Shown here: one piece after another, positions 17,890-27,714 of the stretch
Layout: every line of letters starts with the position of its first letter
How positions within the stretch are numbered: position 1 is the first letter of the stretch
Source: Nitrosopumilus sp.
GTDB taxonomy: Archaea; Thermoproteota; Nitrososphaeria; Nitrososphaerales; Nitrosopumilaceae
NCBI GenBank assembly: GCA_965214775.1
Contig: OZ243974.1
Location: forward strand, 1,632,001-1,696,000
Direction: 5' to 3'
Length of the DNA: 64,000 nucleotides
Notes under the pieces: generated by a model
Database searches by the model: none
Seen by the model: the letters and a program-made list of their open reading frames with translations, nothing else
What the model was told of the DNA's origin: nothing
Position numbers and translations under genes: made by a program

Positions 17890-20800
17890 ATGTACTTGGT
17901 GTTAATTGCGGTCGTCTTAGGTCTTGCCGCCGCAGGCATGCAGGATGCATATGCACAACAGTTCCCGATCGAGATAACCGCCACCGGGATGCTGTCTGAT
18001 AGTCAATCTAGGGAGCTTGATGGCGCCAGAAGCGTGGATGTCTTCACGATAGGCAGCAACACCTATGCTGTAGTAGCATCCTTCCGTGACGACGGCATCC
18101 AGATTGTAAACGTCAACGATCCTACCAGTCCAGAGGCCGTAGGGAGGCTGGAAGAGAGGGGTTCTAGGGAGCTTGATGGCGCCTATGATGTGGCCGTCTT
18201 CATGATAGGCAGCAACACCTACGCCGCAGTGGTCTCCTTGGACGACGATGGCCTCCAGATTGTGGATGTCTCCAATCCTGCCCGTCCCACAGCTGCCGGG
18301 CATCTTGCAGACACCGAGGGTTCCGATGAACTGTTTCTTGACAACGCCAGAAGCGTGGATGTCTTCACGATAGGCAGCAACACCTACGCCGCAGTCGTCT
18401 CCAGCGTAGACGACGGCCTCCAGATTGTGGATGTCTCCAATCCTTCCAACCCGACTGGTGTCGGGAGGCTGGCGGACAGCGGCTCAATACTGCTTGATGC
18501 CCCCTACGGCATAGACGTCTTCACGATAGGCAGCAACACCTACGCCGCAGTAACATCTTTTGGCGACGCCGGCCTCCAGCTAGTCGACATCAGCGATCCG
18601 GTCAACCCGCGCTCGGCCGGGAAGGTGGAGGACAACTCCAACCTACTGCTTGCAAACGCCCACGAGGTGGCCGTCTTCACGATAGACAACAGGATATACG
18701 CTGCAGTGACCTCAGAGAGCGAAAACGGCCTCCAGCTTGTGGATGTCACCGACCCCGCCAGTCCCACCCCGGTAGCAAATTTGGGAGATGATAGTTCCAC
18801 GTTGCTTAGGGGCGCCTACGGCGTGGACATCTTCACGATAGGCGACAACACCTACGCCGCAGTAGCCTCTAACGACGAGAAAGGCCTCCAGCTTGTGGAT
18901 GTCACCGACCCCGCCAATCCCACCCCGGTAGCAAATTTGGGAGATGGGGGTTCCAAGAAGCTTACCCAGGCCAGAGGCGTGGACATCTTCACGATAGGCG
19001 GCAACACCTACGCCGCAGTCGCATCCTTTGGCGAAAACGGCCTCCAGCTGGCGGAGATCCGCCAGATCCCGGCCAGCCCGGACAATCTGATTCCATACGG
19101 AAGCCTGCCCGACGGCACCAGTCTGCTGCTTGAGAAATCCCGCAGCGTGGACACCTTTGAGATAGGCGGCTCCACGTATGCGATAGCAGTCTCCAGCAGC
19201 GAGAGCGGCACTCAGATCGTGGATGTCACCAACCCTGCCGCCCCGACGGCCACCGGGAACCTGGCAGACAACACCACCCGGCTGCTTGAGGGCGCCCGCG
19301 GCGTGAAAGTCTTCACGGCAGGCAGCAACACCTACGCCGTCGTCACAGCCCATGGCGACGACGGAGTCGAGGTAATCGACGTCACCAGCCCGGCCAGCCC
19401 GGCCTCGGTGGGGCGTCTGGCAGACGACGGCTCCCGCCTGCTTGACGGGGCAACCGCCGTGACCACCTTTGGGATCGGCACGGACATCTACGCCGCAGTC
19501 ACCTCCCAGCACGACGGCGGCCTTCAGATCATAGACATAACCAATCCTGCCAGTCCAGCAGAGGCCGGGAATCTGGCAGACAACACCACCCGGCTGCTTG
19601 GCGATACCAGCGCAGTGGACACCTTTGAGATAGGCGGCTCCACGTATGCAGTCGTGGCCTCCTGGGCCGACGACGGACTCCAGATTGTAGATGTCACCGA
19701 TCCCGACAACCCGGCGGCGGCCGGCATGCTTGCAGACGACAACGACCTGCTGCTTCGTGGAATCCGTGACATGGCCGTCTTTGAGACGGGCGGCTCCACC
19801 TACGCCGCAGTGGCCTCCTGGGCCGACGACGGCCTCCAGATTGTCGATATAACCGATCCCGACAACCCGGCGGCGGCAGGAAAACTGGCAGACGACAACG
19901 ACCTGCTGCTTGACGGGGCCAGCGGCGTGGAGATATTCCGGACGGACATGAAAGTCTACGCGGCAGTGGCATCCCAGACCGACGACGGCCTCCAGATTGT
20001 CGATATAACCGATCCCGACAATCCCTTGGGGGCCGGACTCGTGGGGGACGGCCCGCTGTACTCGCTTGACGCGGCACGGGATCTGGCCGTGTTTATGATA
20101 GGTAGCAACACGTACACCGTGGTGGCCTCCGACACGGAGGGCCTCCAGACGGTAAAACTTACCGAGGCCCACAACAACGCCCCAGTCTTGGGAACAATAG
20201 GCGACCAGACCGCAGCGCCCGATATACAGCTGGTTATAACGCCCACGGTAACCGATGCGGATTCAACTGATACGCACACGTACTTGATATCGCGTGGCAC
20301 GCTGCCCGCAGCTGCCGTATTTGATACCGCGGACGGCAGCATCGTCTGGACGCCGGTTCAGGGCGATGTCGGACAGACCCACACGGTCACCATAACCGTT
20401 GATGACGGCCGCGGCGGCACCGACTCGGAGACATTTGACATAGTCGTGGGCGAGCTGGTTGCCGTCGGCAGTCTGGGAGATGATACCAATCTGCTGCTTG
20501 GCGGCGCCCACGACGTGGACACGTTCACGATCGGACAGAACACCTATGCGGTAGTGGTCGCCGAAACAGACGACGGCATCCAAATTGTAGATGTCACCAA
20601 CCCTGCCAGCCCGGTAGCTGTCGGGCATCTGAGCGACGACACCAACATACTGCTTGATGGCCCCCGCGGCGTGGATATATCCGTGATAGGTGGCAACACC
20701 TACGCTATAGTTGCGACCTACTTTGAGAGCGCCCTCCAGATCGTGAACGTTACCGATCCTACTGATCCTGTAGCTGCAGGTAGTCTGAAAGATACTAACA

Positions 20801-23800
20801 GCTTGGAGCTTGAAACCCCCCAGGCCGTGGCCGTATTCACGATAGGCAGCAACACCTACGCCGCAGTGGCCTCCTACCAGGACAATGCCCTCCAGATCGT
20901 GGACATCACAAACCCGGCCGCCCCGATGGCCACCGGGAATTTGAAAGATGGAGGCTCCGCGCGGCTTGACGGTCCACGTGACGTGGAAATCTTCACGATA
21001 GGTAGCAACACCTACGCCGCGGTCGCCTCCTCTGCGGACAACGCCCTCCAGATTGTGGATGTCACCAACCCTGCCGATCCGACTCCAGCCGGGAGGCTGA
21101 GCGATACGGGCTCCCGAGAGCTTGGCGGCCCCCGCGGTGTGGAAATCTTCACGATATGCAGCAACACCTACGCCGCAGTCGCCGCCTACAAAGACCACGG
21201 CCTCCAGATCGTGGATGTCACCGATCCTACCGATCTGATGCCCACCGGCAAACTGGAAGATAGCAACTCCCGGAATCTTCAGAGCCCCCGCGGCGTGGCC
21301 GTCTTCACCACAGGTAGCAATATCTACGCCGCAGTGGCCTCCTTTCACGACGACGGCCTCCAGATTGTAGACGTCACCGATCCGACCGATCCGATTGCCG
21401 TCGGGAGGCTGAGCGATACGGGCTCCCGGGAGCTTGGCGGCGCCAGCGCAGTGACCACCTTCACCATAGGTAGTAGCACCTATGCCGCAGTTGCATCCAC
21501 CTCAGATAACGGACTCCAGCTAGCGAGACTGGGCGCGGAGGCAGGGACTCTTCCCAACTGTGTCCCCATCCTGGATGCAATAGGCAACCAGACCGCAACG
21601 CCGGGAATACAGCTGACCATAACGCCTACGGTAACTGACGCCGACACAACTGACACGCACACGTATTCCATAACACGTGGCACGCTGCCGGCAGCTGCCG
21701 TATTCAATACCTCTGACGGCACCCTCGTCTGGACGCCGGTTCAGGGTGATGTCGGACAGACTCACACGGTCACCATAACCGTTGATGACGGCCGCGGCGG
21801 CACCGACTCGGAGACCTTTGATATAGCCGTGGCCAACGAGGGTACCATTCCTCCCAACAGTTCGCCGGTGGCACCTAACGAGACGGCAACCACCGTAGAG
21901 GACACATCCGTTATCATAACACCTGCCATATCGGATCCGGACACATCGGATACCCCTGTAATATCGGCAGTAGAGAACCCGCCAAACGGGACTGTAACCT
22001 ATGATGATACTGCCATAATCTACATTCCCGACCAGGACTATGTGGGTACGGACACCTTTGGATATACGGTATCTGATGGAACTGACACGGCGCAGGGTAC
22101 CATAGTGATAACCGTAACGCGCGACAACAACGATCCCGTCCTAGATACAATAGGCGACCAGAACGTGACGGTGGACACACAGCTGACAATAACGCCCACG
22201 GTAACTGACGCCGACACAACTGACACGCACACTTATTCGATATCGCGCGGCACGCTGCCGGCAGCTGCCGTATTCAATACCTCTGACGGTACCCTCGTCT
22301 GGACGCCGGTTCAGGGTGATATAGGGCAGACCCACACGGTTACAATAACCGTTGATGACGGCCGCGGCGGCACCGACTCGCAAACCTTTGACATAGTAGC
22401 TTCTCCAGATCCGATCGTGATGACAATAGGCGCGCTTGTGCCGCAGACCGGACGCAGTGACGATGCCGGGGCACACAGGACGTTTGCCACCGAGCAGGCC
22501 GTAGAGGACTTTAACAGGTACCTGGACGAAAAAAGCGCGACATGGAGGCTTGAGGTGGACATAAGGGACACAGGAGCAAACCCAGCCGGCTCGACGGAGC
22601 AGGCAAGACTGCTGTATGATGACGGCGTCAGGATAATCTCGGGGCCGTCTGCAAGCTCCGGCGTAAGCGCAATCAAGGCAAACGTGACTGCAGACGGCAT
22701 AGATGACATGATGCTCGTAAGCTGTTGCTCCACGTCTCCTGCACTTGCCCAGGACGACAACATATTCCGCCTGGCTCCAGATGACAGCGTACACGGGGTG
22801 GTGATTGCCGACCTCATGTATCGTGACGGAAAAGAGGTCATGATACCCGTATGGATAAACGACACGTTCGGACACGGACTGCATGACAGCACGGCAGCCG
22901 CCTTTGAGCGCCTCGGGGGAGCTGTATATGATGATGTGGGAACCTACCAGCCGTGCGGGGACATGTGTGCAAATAACGAGTTTACAGATCTGGTCAGCAA
23001 TCTGAATGCCACCGTATCTGAGCACGCCGGACGGGTGGGTGCAGACAAGATCTTTGTGTTTTTCATAGGCTTTGCCGAGACCGATGACGTCGTCCGGGAG
23101 GCTGCAAACTACCCGATACTGCGCACCGTGCAATGGGTCGGCTCTGATGCAAACGTCAACTCCAGCTCGCTTACAGGCGATCCGGTAATAGCAGAGTTCC
23201 TTGATGATGCCAACTTTAGGACGTGCATCTTTGCAGAGGATCCGACCAGCCAGACCTACCAAAGCCTGCAGGCAAGGTTTGAGCAGGAGTTCGACTCGCC
23301 GCCAAACGTGTATGCGTACTCTACATATGACACGATCTGGGTAATCGGCCTTGCCATGGAGGAGGCGATGGCGCCTGACGGCAGTATTGACATCGGCAGC
23401 CTGGCCGGCAACATAGGAGGAATCGTGTCGGATTATTCGGGGGCACTAGGAGATATCAAGCTAAACGCCAACGGCGACCTGAGCGAGACCAGCTATGCAG
23501 TGCACGGGATAGAAAACAGGATGTGGACCAAGATAGGAACGTACGTACCGGGTACCGGACTGGTCCGCGAGATAACGATGGGCGCCCTGATTCCGCAGAC
23601 GGGGCCCCTAGGTGATCTGCTGGGCCCGCACCATACGTTTGCTGCCGAGGCCGCCGTCTCTGACCTCAATGTCTACCTTGCAAGTATAGGCGCGGACTGG
23701 CGCGCCGCCCTTGACATAAGGGATACCGAGGATGCCGGCGTGCAGGCTGAGATCCAGTCATTTGATGCTGACGGTGTCAGGCTGATCACAGGACCCGTCC

Positions 23801-26043
23801 GGAGCTCCGAGCTGGATGCCATAAGACCATATGCGGATTCCAATGATATGATACTCATCAGCTGCTGTTCTACGGCGCCCTCCCTTGCAATCCCAGACGA
23901 CAACGTCTTCCGTCTGGCCCCTGACGACTCGCAGCACGGGCCGGTGATTGCCGACCTGTTAAGGGAAGACGGAAAGGACGTCATGGTGGCAGTATGGCGC
24001 GACGACATCTGGGGTATAGGCCTCAAGAATTCTACGGTGGCAGCATTCGAGGAGTTTGGGGGCATTACCAATGTTACGGTGGGCAGCTACGACCCCGATG
24101 ATCCAAACCTAGATGCCGTCTTTGAGACACTGGCCGGACAGCTTGCCGCCACCGTCTCAGAATATGTGGAGGATGTGGGGGCAGACCATGTGTCTGTTCT
24201 GTTTATAGGGCAGGACGAGATGCCCGGATTCGTGACCAGGGCAGCAGATCACCCTGTGCTGAGAACGGTACAGTGGATAGGCTCTGATGCCTCGGTTCTT
24301 GATGATGCGCTTGTAGATGATCCCAAGATATTCGAGTTCCTAAGGGATGCCAACTTCCGGGCGTGCGTCTTTGAAGAGAACTCTGGCAGTGACCAGTACC
24401 GTTTACTGACTGCCAGAATACACGACGAGTTTGACGGCGACATGCCTGCAGTATACACGTACGGCATGTATGATACCATCTGGGTTCTGGGCCTGGCCCT
24501 TGAGCAGGCCGGAAGTGATGCCGAGTTTGCGGCAATAAAGGACGCCGTCCCTCAGGCTGCATCCGGGTATGTCGGGGCCCTCGGCGACATTGAACTAAAC
24601 GAGGCAGGCGACCTGGACAAGTCCGAGTATGCCGTATGGGGAATAGAGGACTCGGGCTGGATCCCGATGGGCACGTACTCGCCGCACACACCACCGGCCT
24701 TTGAATCGGCAACACTCAACGAGGAGACGGGTGCCATGGCCATAACCTTCAGCAAGAGCGTAGACGTATCTGCTACCAACCTGACTCTGATGCATGTCAG
24801 CGATGTAAACCAGGTAGACACAGTCTCGCTGAGGGGCGCCATACTTGAGTTTGCATCTGCATACGTCAAGACTCTTTCACTTACCCTAGTAGATTCCCAG
24901 ATACAGCAGGTGATCCCGATGGATACGCCGCAGCTTGATATTGCCGCCGGCGCCGTATCGGATCTGCGCGGCAACTTGATAGGAGACGCACCGGACAAAC
25001 CGATCACAGTAACGGTGCGCGTACCGACAGATGATGGTGACGGCGATGATGATGATGATGGCAGTACCGGATCAACATCGTCTGCAGGCCGCGGCGGAGG
25101 CGGCGGCGGAGGCAGCAGGGGCGGAGGCAGCAGCAGCAGCAGCAGCAGTAACGTCATTCACTCCTCAGACGGCCTAGGTTCTGCATACATTGCGTCCATA
25201 TCGTGGGACTGCACCGCCGGACTCGTAACGATATCTGCCGGACCTCCCTCAGACGCTCTCTGGATTTCGGTGCGCACCGCCGAGAGTGGCGTCGTCAGGG
25301 CTGTGGAGACAGATGATCAGACGCCCGAGGGATTGGGAGTGTTTACGGCACCGATGCGCGAGAACGAGACGTACATCAGCGTCAGCGCAGTCATGCCCTA
25401 TGAAAGGAGCCTTTCCTCTGACTCCCAGTCGATAAGCGTGGATTCCTGCATCGGCGAGCGCACCTATGACATTCCGATGTCCATGCCGGCCGATACCGAC
25501 GGAGTAGCAATGGTCCAACCAGGAGATGGGATCGTCAGACCGCCGGTGACAAAAGAGACCGACAACATGGCACAGCAACCTGACAACATGGCACAGCAAC
25601 CTGACAACATGGAACAGCAACCACAACCACAACCAGAACCCGTACCAGAGCCCGTGCAAGAGTCCGGCGGCGCATGCCTGATAGCCACTGCCGCATACGG
25701 CACCGAGCTGGCACCGCAAGTACAGGCACTCAGGGAGGTACGTGACGGCACGCTGCTCTCAACTGACTCGGGGACATCCTTTATGGTCGGATTTAATTCC
25801 ATATACTATTCGTTCTCGCCTGCGATAGCAGACCTAGAGCGCCAGAATCCTGTACTGCGCGAGGTCGTAAGGATTGCCATCACCCCAATGATCTCAACGC
25901 TTTCGATAATGTCGCTTGCAGAGGAGGGATCCGAGTCATCCGTACTGGCGCTGGGAGCCTCAGTCATTGCACTTAATATCGGCATGTATGTGGCAGCCCC
26001 TGCGGCCGCCGTCATTGTAGCCACAAGGCGACTGCGGATCTAA
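17890..26043 (+). CDS. Giant cell-surface protein 1: 3 LVIVD-like beta-propellers, Ig/cadherin-like domains, 2 type-I periplasmic-binding (Venus flytrap) domains, CFI-box-CTERM anchor
   Basis: Signal peptide; ~50-aa repeats with YAAV..GLQIVDV.DP; He_PIG/Big_9-like units; IGALVPQTG..SCCSTSP..FRLAPDD; [16 protein letters not shown] plus a C-terminal TM helix. Confidence 0.9.
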   Translation: MYLVLIAVVLGLAAAGMQDAYAQQFPIEITATGMLSDSQSRELDGARSVDVFTIGSNTYAVVASFRDDGIQIVNVNDPTSPEAVGRLEERGSRELDGAYDVAVFMIGSNTYAAVVSLDDDGLQIVDVSNPARPTAAGHLADTEGSDELFLDNARSVDVFTIGSNTYAAVVSSVDDGLQIVDVSNPSNPTGVGRLADSGSILLDAPYGIDVFTIGSNTYAAVTSFGDAGLQLVDISDPVNPRSAGKVEDNSNLLLANAHEVAVFTIDNRIYAAVTSESENGLQLVDVTDPASPTPVANLGDDSSTLLRGAYGVDIFTIGDNTYAAVASNDEKGLQLVDVTDPANPTPVANLGDGGSKKLTQARGVDIFTIGGNTYAAVASFGENGLQLAEIRQIPASPDNLIPYGSLPDGTSLLLEKSRSVDTFEIGGSTYAIAVSSSESGTQIVDVTNPAAPTATGNLADNTTRLLEGARGVKVFTAGSNTYAVVTAHGDDGVEVIDVTSPASPASVGRLADDGSRLLDGATAVTTFGIGTDIYAAVTSQHDGGLQIIDITNPASPAEAGNLADNTTRLLGDTSAVDTFEIGGSTYAVVASWADDGLQIVDVTDPDNPAAAGMLADDNDLLLRGIRDMAVFETGGSTYAAVASWADDGLQIVDITDPDNPAAAGKLADDNDLLLDGASGVEIFRTDMKVYAAVASQTDDGLQIVDITDPDNPLGAGLVGDGPLYSLDAARDLAVFMIGSNTYTVVASDTEGLQTVKLTEAHNNAPVLGTIGDQTAAPDIQLVITPTVTDADSTDTHTYLISRGTLPAAAVFDTADGSIVWTPVQGDVGQTHTVTITVDDGRGGTDSETFDIVVGELVAVGSLGDDTNLLLGGAHDVDTFTIGQNTYAVVVAETDDGIQIVDVTNPASPVAVGHLSDDTNILLDGPRGVDISVIGGNTYAIVATYFESALQIVNVTDPTDPVAAGSLKDTNSLELETPQAVAVFTIGSNTYAAVASYQDNALQIVDITNPAAPMATGNLKDGGSARLDGPRDVEIFTIGSNTYAAVASSADNALQIVDVTNPADPTPAGRLSDTGSRELGGPRGVEIFTICSNTYAAVAAYKDHGLQIVDVTDPTDLMPTGKLEDSNSRNLQSPRGVAVFTTGSNIYAAVASFHDDGLQIVDVTDPTDPIAVGRLSDTGSRELGGASAVTTFTIGSSTYAAVASTSDNGLQLARLGAEAGTLPNCVPILDAIGNQTATPGIQLTITPTVTDADTTDTHTYSITRGTLPAAAVFNTSDGTLVWTPVQGDVGQTHTVTITVDDGRGGTDSETFDIAVANEGTIPPNSSPVAPNETATTVEDTSVIITPAISDPDTSDTPVISAVENPPNGTVTYDDTAIIYIPDQDYVGTDTFGYTVSDGTDTAQGTIVITVTRDNNDPVLDTIGDQNVTVDTQLTITPTVTDADTTDTHTYSISRGTLPAAAVFNTSDGTLVWTPVQGDIGQTHTVTITVDDGRGGTDSQTFDIVASPDPIVMTIGALVPQTGRSDDAGAHRTFATEQAVEDFNRYLDEKSATWRLEVDIRDTGANPAGSTEQARLLYDDGVRIISGPSASSGVSAIKANVTADGIDDMMLVSCCSTSPALAQDDNIFRLAPDDSVHGVVIADLMYRDGKEVMIPVWINDTFGHGLHDSTAAAFERLGGAVYDDVGTYQPCGDMCANNEFTDLVSNLNATVSEHAGRVGADKIFVFFIGFAETDDVVREAANYPILRTVQWVGSDANVNSSSLTGDPVIAEFLDDANFRTCIFAEDPTSQTYQSLQARFEQEFDSPPNVYAYSTYDTIWVIGLAMEEAMAPDGSIDIGSLAGNIGGIVSDYSGALGDIKLNANGDLSETSYAVHGIENRMWTKIGTYVPGTGLVREITMGALIPQTGPLGDLLGPHHTFAAEAAVSDLNVYLASIGADWRAALDIRDTEDAGVQAEIQSFDADGVRLITGPVRSSELDAIRPYADSNDMILISCCSTAPSLAIPDDNVFRLAPDDSQHGPVIADLLREDGKDVMVAVWRDDIWGIGLKNSTVAAFEEFGGITNVTVGSYDPDDPNLDAVFETLAGQLAATVSEYVEDVGADHVSVLFIGQDEMPGFVTRAADHPVLRTVQWIGSDASVLDDALVDDPKIFEFLRDANFRACVFEENSGSDQYRLLTARIHDEFDGDMPAVYTYGMYDTIWVLGLALEQAGSDAEFAAIKDAVPQAASGYVGALGDIELNEAGDLDKSEYAVWGIEDSGWIPMGTYSPHTPPAFESATLNEETGAMAITFSKSVDVSATNLTLMHVSDVNQVDTVSLRGAILEFASAYVKTLSLTLVDSQIQQVIPMDTPQLDIAAGAVSDLRGNLIGDAPDKPITVTVRVPTDDGDGDDDDDGSTGSTSSAGRGGGGGGGSRGGGSSSSSSSNVIHSSDGLGSAYIASISWDCTAGLVTISAGPPSDALWISVRTAESGVVRAVETDDQTPEGLGVFTAPMRENETYISVSAVMPYERSLSSDSQSISVDSCIGERTYDIPMSMPADTDGVAMVQPGDGIVRPPVTKETDNMAQQPDNMAQQPDNMEQQPQPQPEPVPEPVQESGGACLIATAAYGTELAPQVQALREVRDGTLLSTDSGTSFMVGFNSIYYSFSPAIADLERQNPVLREVVRIAITPMISTLSIMSLAEEGSESSVLALGASVIALNIGMYVAAPAAAVIVATRRLRI
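25561..25623 (+). repeat. In-frame 21-bp tandem repeat x3 (DNMAQQP)
   Basis: GACAACATGGCACAGCAACCT repeated in the stalk region. Confidence 0.85.
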
Positions 26044-26086
26044 AGCCACGATAACCCAAGGCACCCCTTGCTATGCCGCCTCCGTA

Positions 26087-26169
26087 GAGAGATGATCTGA
26101 AATTAGAAATCATACAACAGATAAGTGAATTAGGCGACAACCTCCAAATTACCCACAAAATCACATCTC
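26087..26169. mobile_element. M4-type end or short MITE 43 bp after giant gene 1
   Basis: GAGAGATGATCTGAAATTAG resembles the M4 left end; same position as at 58461. Confidence 0.5.
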
Positions 26170-26186
26170 ACAATCACGATTCTGGA

Positions 26187-26279
26187 GTATGAGGTCACCT
26201 GCCCCTATCAATCAGGCATGAATTGGCATGTACAATTATGATTTTCGCGCCTAGCTAGCAAGGGGACGTGACCTCATAC
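26187..26279. mobile_element. 93-bp MITE, family M3 (IS66-like signature)
   Basis: Perfect 12-bp terminal repeat GTATGAGGTCAC with 8-bp target duplication ATTCTGGA. Confidence 0.9.
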
Positions 26280-26300
26280 ATTCTGGACAATGACGAGAAC

Positions 26301-26410
26301 CAGCCGAGTGAAAAGTAAATGAGGTTTGTTGTTTGTCCTGATATTGGGGCATCGTGTCTCCTGCCCATCTTCTGTTTTTACTCGATTTTTTGGTACTTTT
26401 CACTTATCTG
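26301..26410. mobile_element. 110-bp MITE, family M7
   Basis: End CAGCCGAGTGAAAAGTA; reverse-complement homolog at 39320-39429. Confidence 0.8.
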
Positions 26411-26453
26411 AGGGCACAGAATCAGTTAAAAGAAACTCAAGTGAGTCATCATC

Positions 26454-26585
26454 ATGAAAGCCAGATTTAATGGAAAATGTGTAGAATGTGGCGAGGTAAT
26501 CAAAGTAGGAAGAGAGATCGTTAAAAATTCTCAAGAAAAATGGGTTCACAAAGCCTGCTCAGACATTGAAGAAGAACTCCCTTGA
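26454..26585 (+). CDS. 43-aa zinc-finger microprotein (not in the ORF track)
   Basis: MKARFNGKCVECGEVIKVGREIVKNSQEKWVHKACSDIEEELP: CxxC...HxxC. Confidence 0.75.
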   Translation: MKARFNGKCVECGEVIKVGREIVKNSQEKWVHKACSDIEEELP

Positions 26586-26650
26586 TTCGGTCAAACTCCA
26601 GAATGAATTAGTAACAAATCTTTTAAATTACTTTGAAAGACTTTCCGTAA

Positions 26651-27073
26651 ATGAACAAAAAATCTGGGATGGTTTTGACAGCATCAATTATGATGATTTT
26701 TGGGATGATGATGATTCCAGGAAACATTTCTGCTGCTGAAAATTCTATCGCCGTAACACCACTCAACGAAAAAGTCAGTCTGCAAAAGACAGTCACTACA
26801 ATGTCAGTTCCTTCAGACAACGCCCTGCCATGGGGAACAGTCAAAGGAGCAGCTTCTGATTATGTTGAGAGATATCCAGTAATCATCCAGTTCTATCAAA
26901 ACGAAGATCCAGTTCACTTTGCACAAGTAGACGTTAAAGGGGACGGATCTTACGAATACAAATTCAGGGTAGGCAGTTTGAATTACGAGACTGGAGAATT
27001 TGAAAATTTCTATGAAGGAGATTACACAGTAAAAATCTTCAGGGTAATTCCCAACACTAACACGCTGGTTTAG
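26651..27073 (+). CDS. Exported hypothetical protein (beta-sandwich-like)
   Basis: Signal peptide; DGSYEYKF and GDYTVKI motifs. Confidence 0.8.
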   Translation: MNKKSGMVLTASIMMIFGMMMIPGNISAAENSIAVTPLNEKVSLQKTVTTMSVPSDNALPWGTVKGAASDYVERYPVIIQFYQNEDPVHFAQVDVKGDGSYEYKFRVGSLNYETGEFENFYEGDYTVKIFRVIPNTNTLV

Positions 27074-27074
27074 T

Positions 27075-27345
27075 AGTGGTGAATGCCAATCTTTCTTTGT
27101 TTTTGCACTACCTTGACATGCCGCAAATCCATCCAAGAATCTTTCAGCACTCCTATCGTGATTGGTGTCGGCTAGTTTTCCTGATTCATCAAAAGTCTCA
27201 TGAACTTTGTAAATAGGAATTGTGAAGGAATGGCTGGGGTATGTGCCCCTCTCGGCTAGAACTTGTCGTAAATGATTTCCGACAACCACCACACCACCAA
27301 AGGCACCAACGCAACAAGATACTACTGAAGAGGGTTTGAAGAAAT
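27075..27345 (-). pseudogene. NADPH-dependent FMN reductase C-terminal relic
   Basis: Fragments YFFKPSSVVS..GAFGG, HLRQVLAE, KVHETFDESGKL; frameshifted and cut off at an M2 MITE. Confidence 0.6.
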
Positions 27346-27424
27346 AGATCTTATTCGCAACCGGTGCAGAACAAAAAAATCAGACAGCTTTTACGTCATT
27401 TTCGGCAAATACGCATAACGGTCT
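27346..27424. mobile_element. Degenerate MITE, family M2
   Basis: Similar to 11764-11841. Confidence 0.65.
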
Positions 27425-27714
27425 AACGTCTGTTTTGGATGCCTTCACTTGCATATCTGCAGAATTATGCCCGATTCTGCTTCTAGCCTGCACTTTCAAA
27501 TCCAATCCAAGTCGATAAACATCACGTCCTGTTTTGTTTTGTGTTGTATGTGTACAAATCCGATCTTTTCATACCAACCAATCACATCATTGTCGGGATT
27601 AAGAATGAGCAATCGACAACCCACACTGTTTTGATATTTTTTTGCTTCTGCAATGACCCACTTGATCATTGCTTTTCCAACACCCAAACCCTCAAAATCC
27701 CTGTGTACTGCAAT

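Noticed and set aside
17759-17890. Simple in-frame ON/OFF frameshift of giant gene 1 by the G tract
   Set aside because: The main frame has TGA at 17830 directly after the tract, so no tract length produces a fusion
18712-23262. Long antisense ORFs (486, 361 and 373 aa) inside giant gene 1
   Set aside because: Shadow frames of a GC-rich repetitive coding strand; no independent motifs
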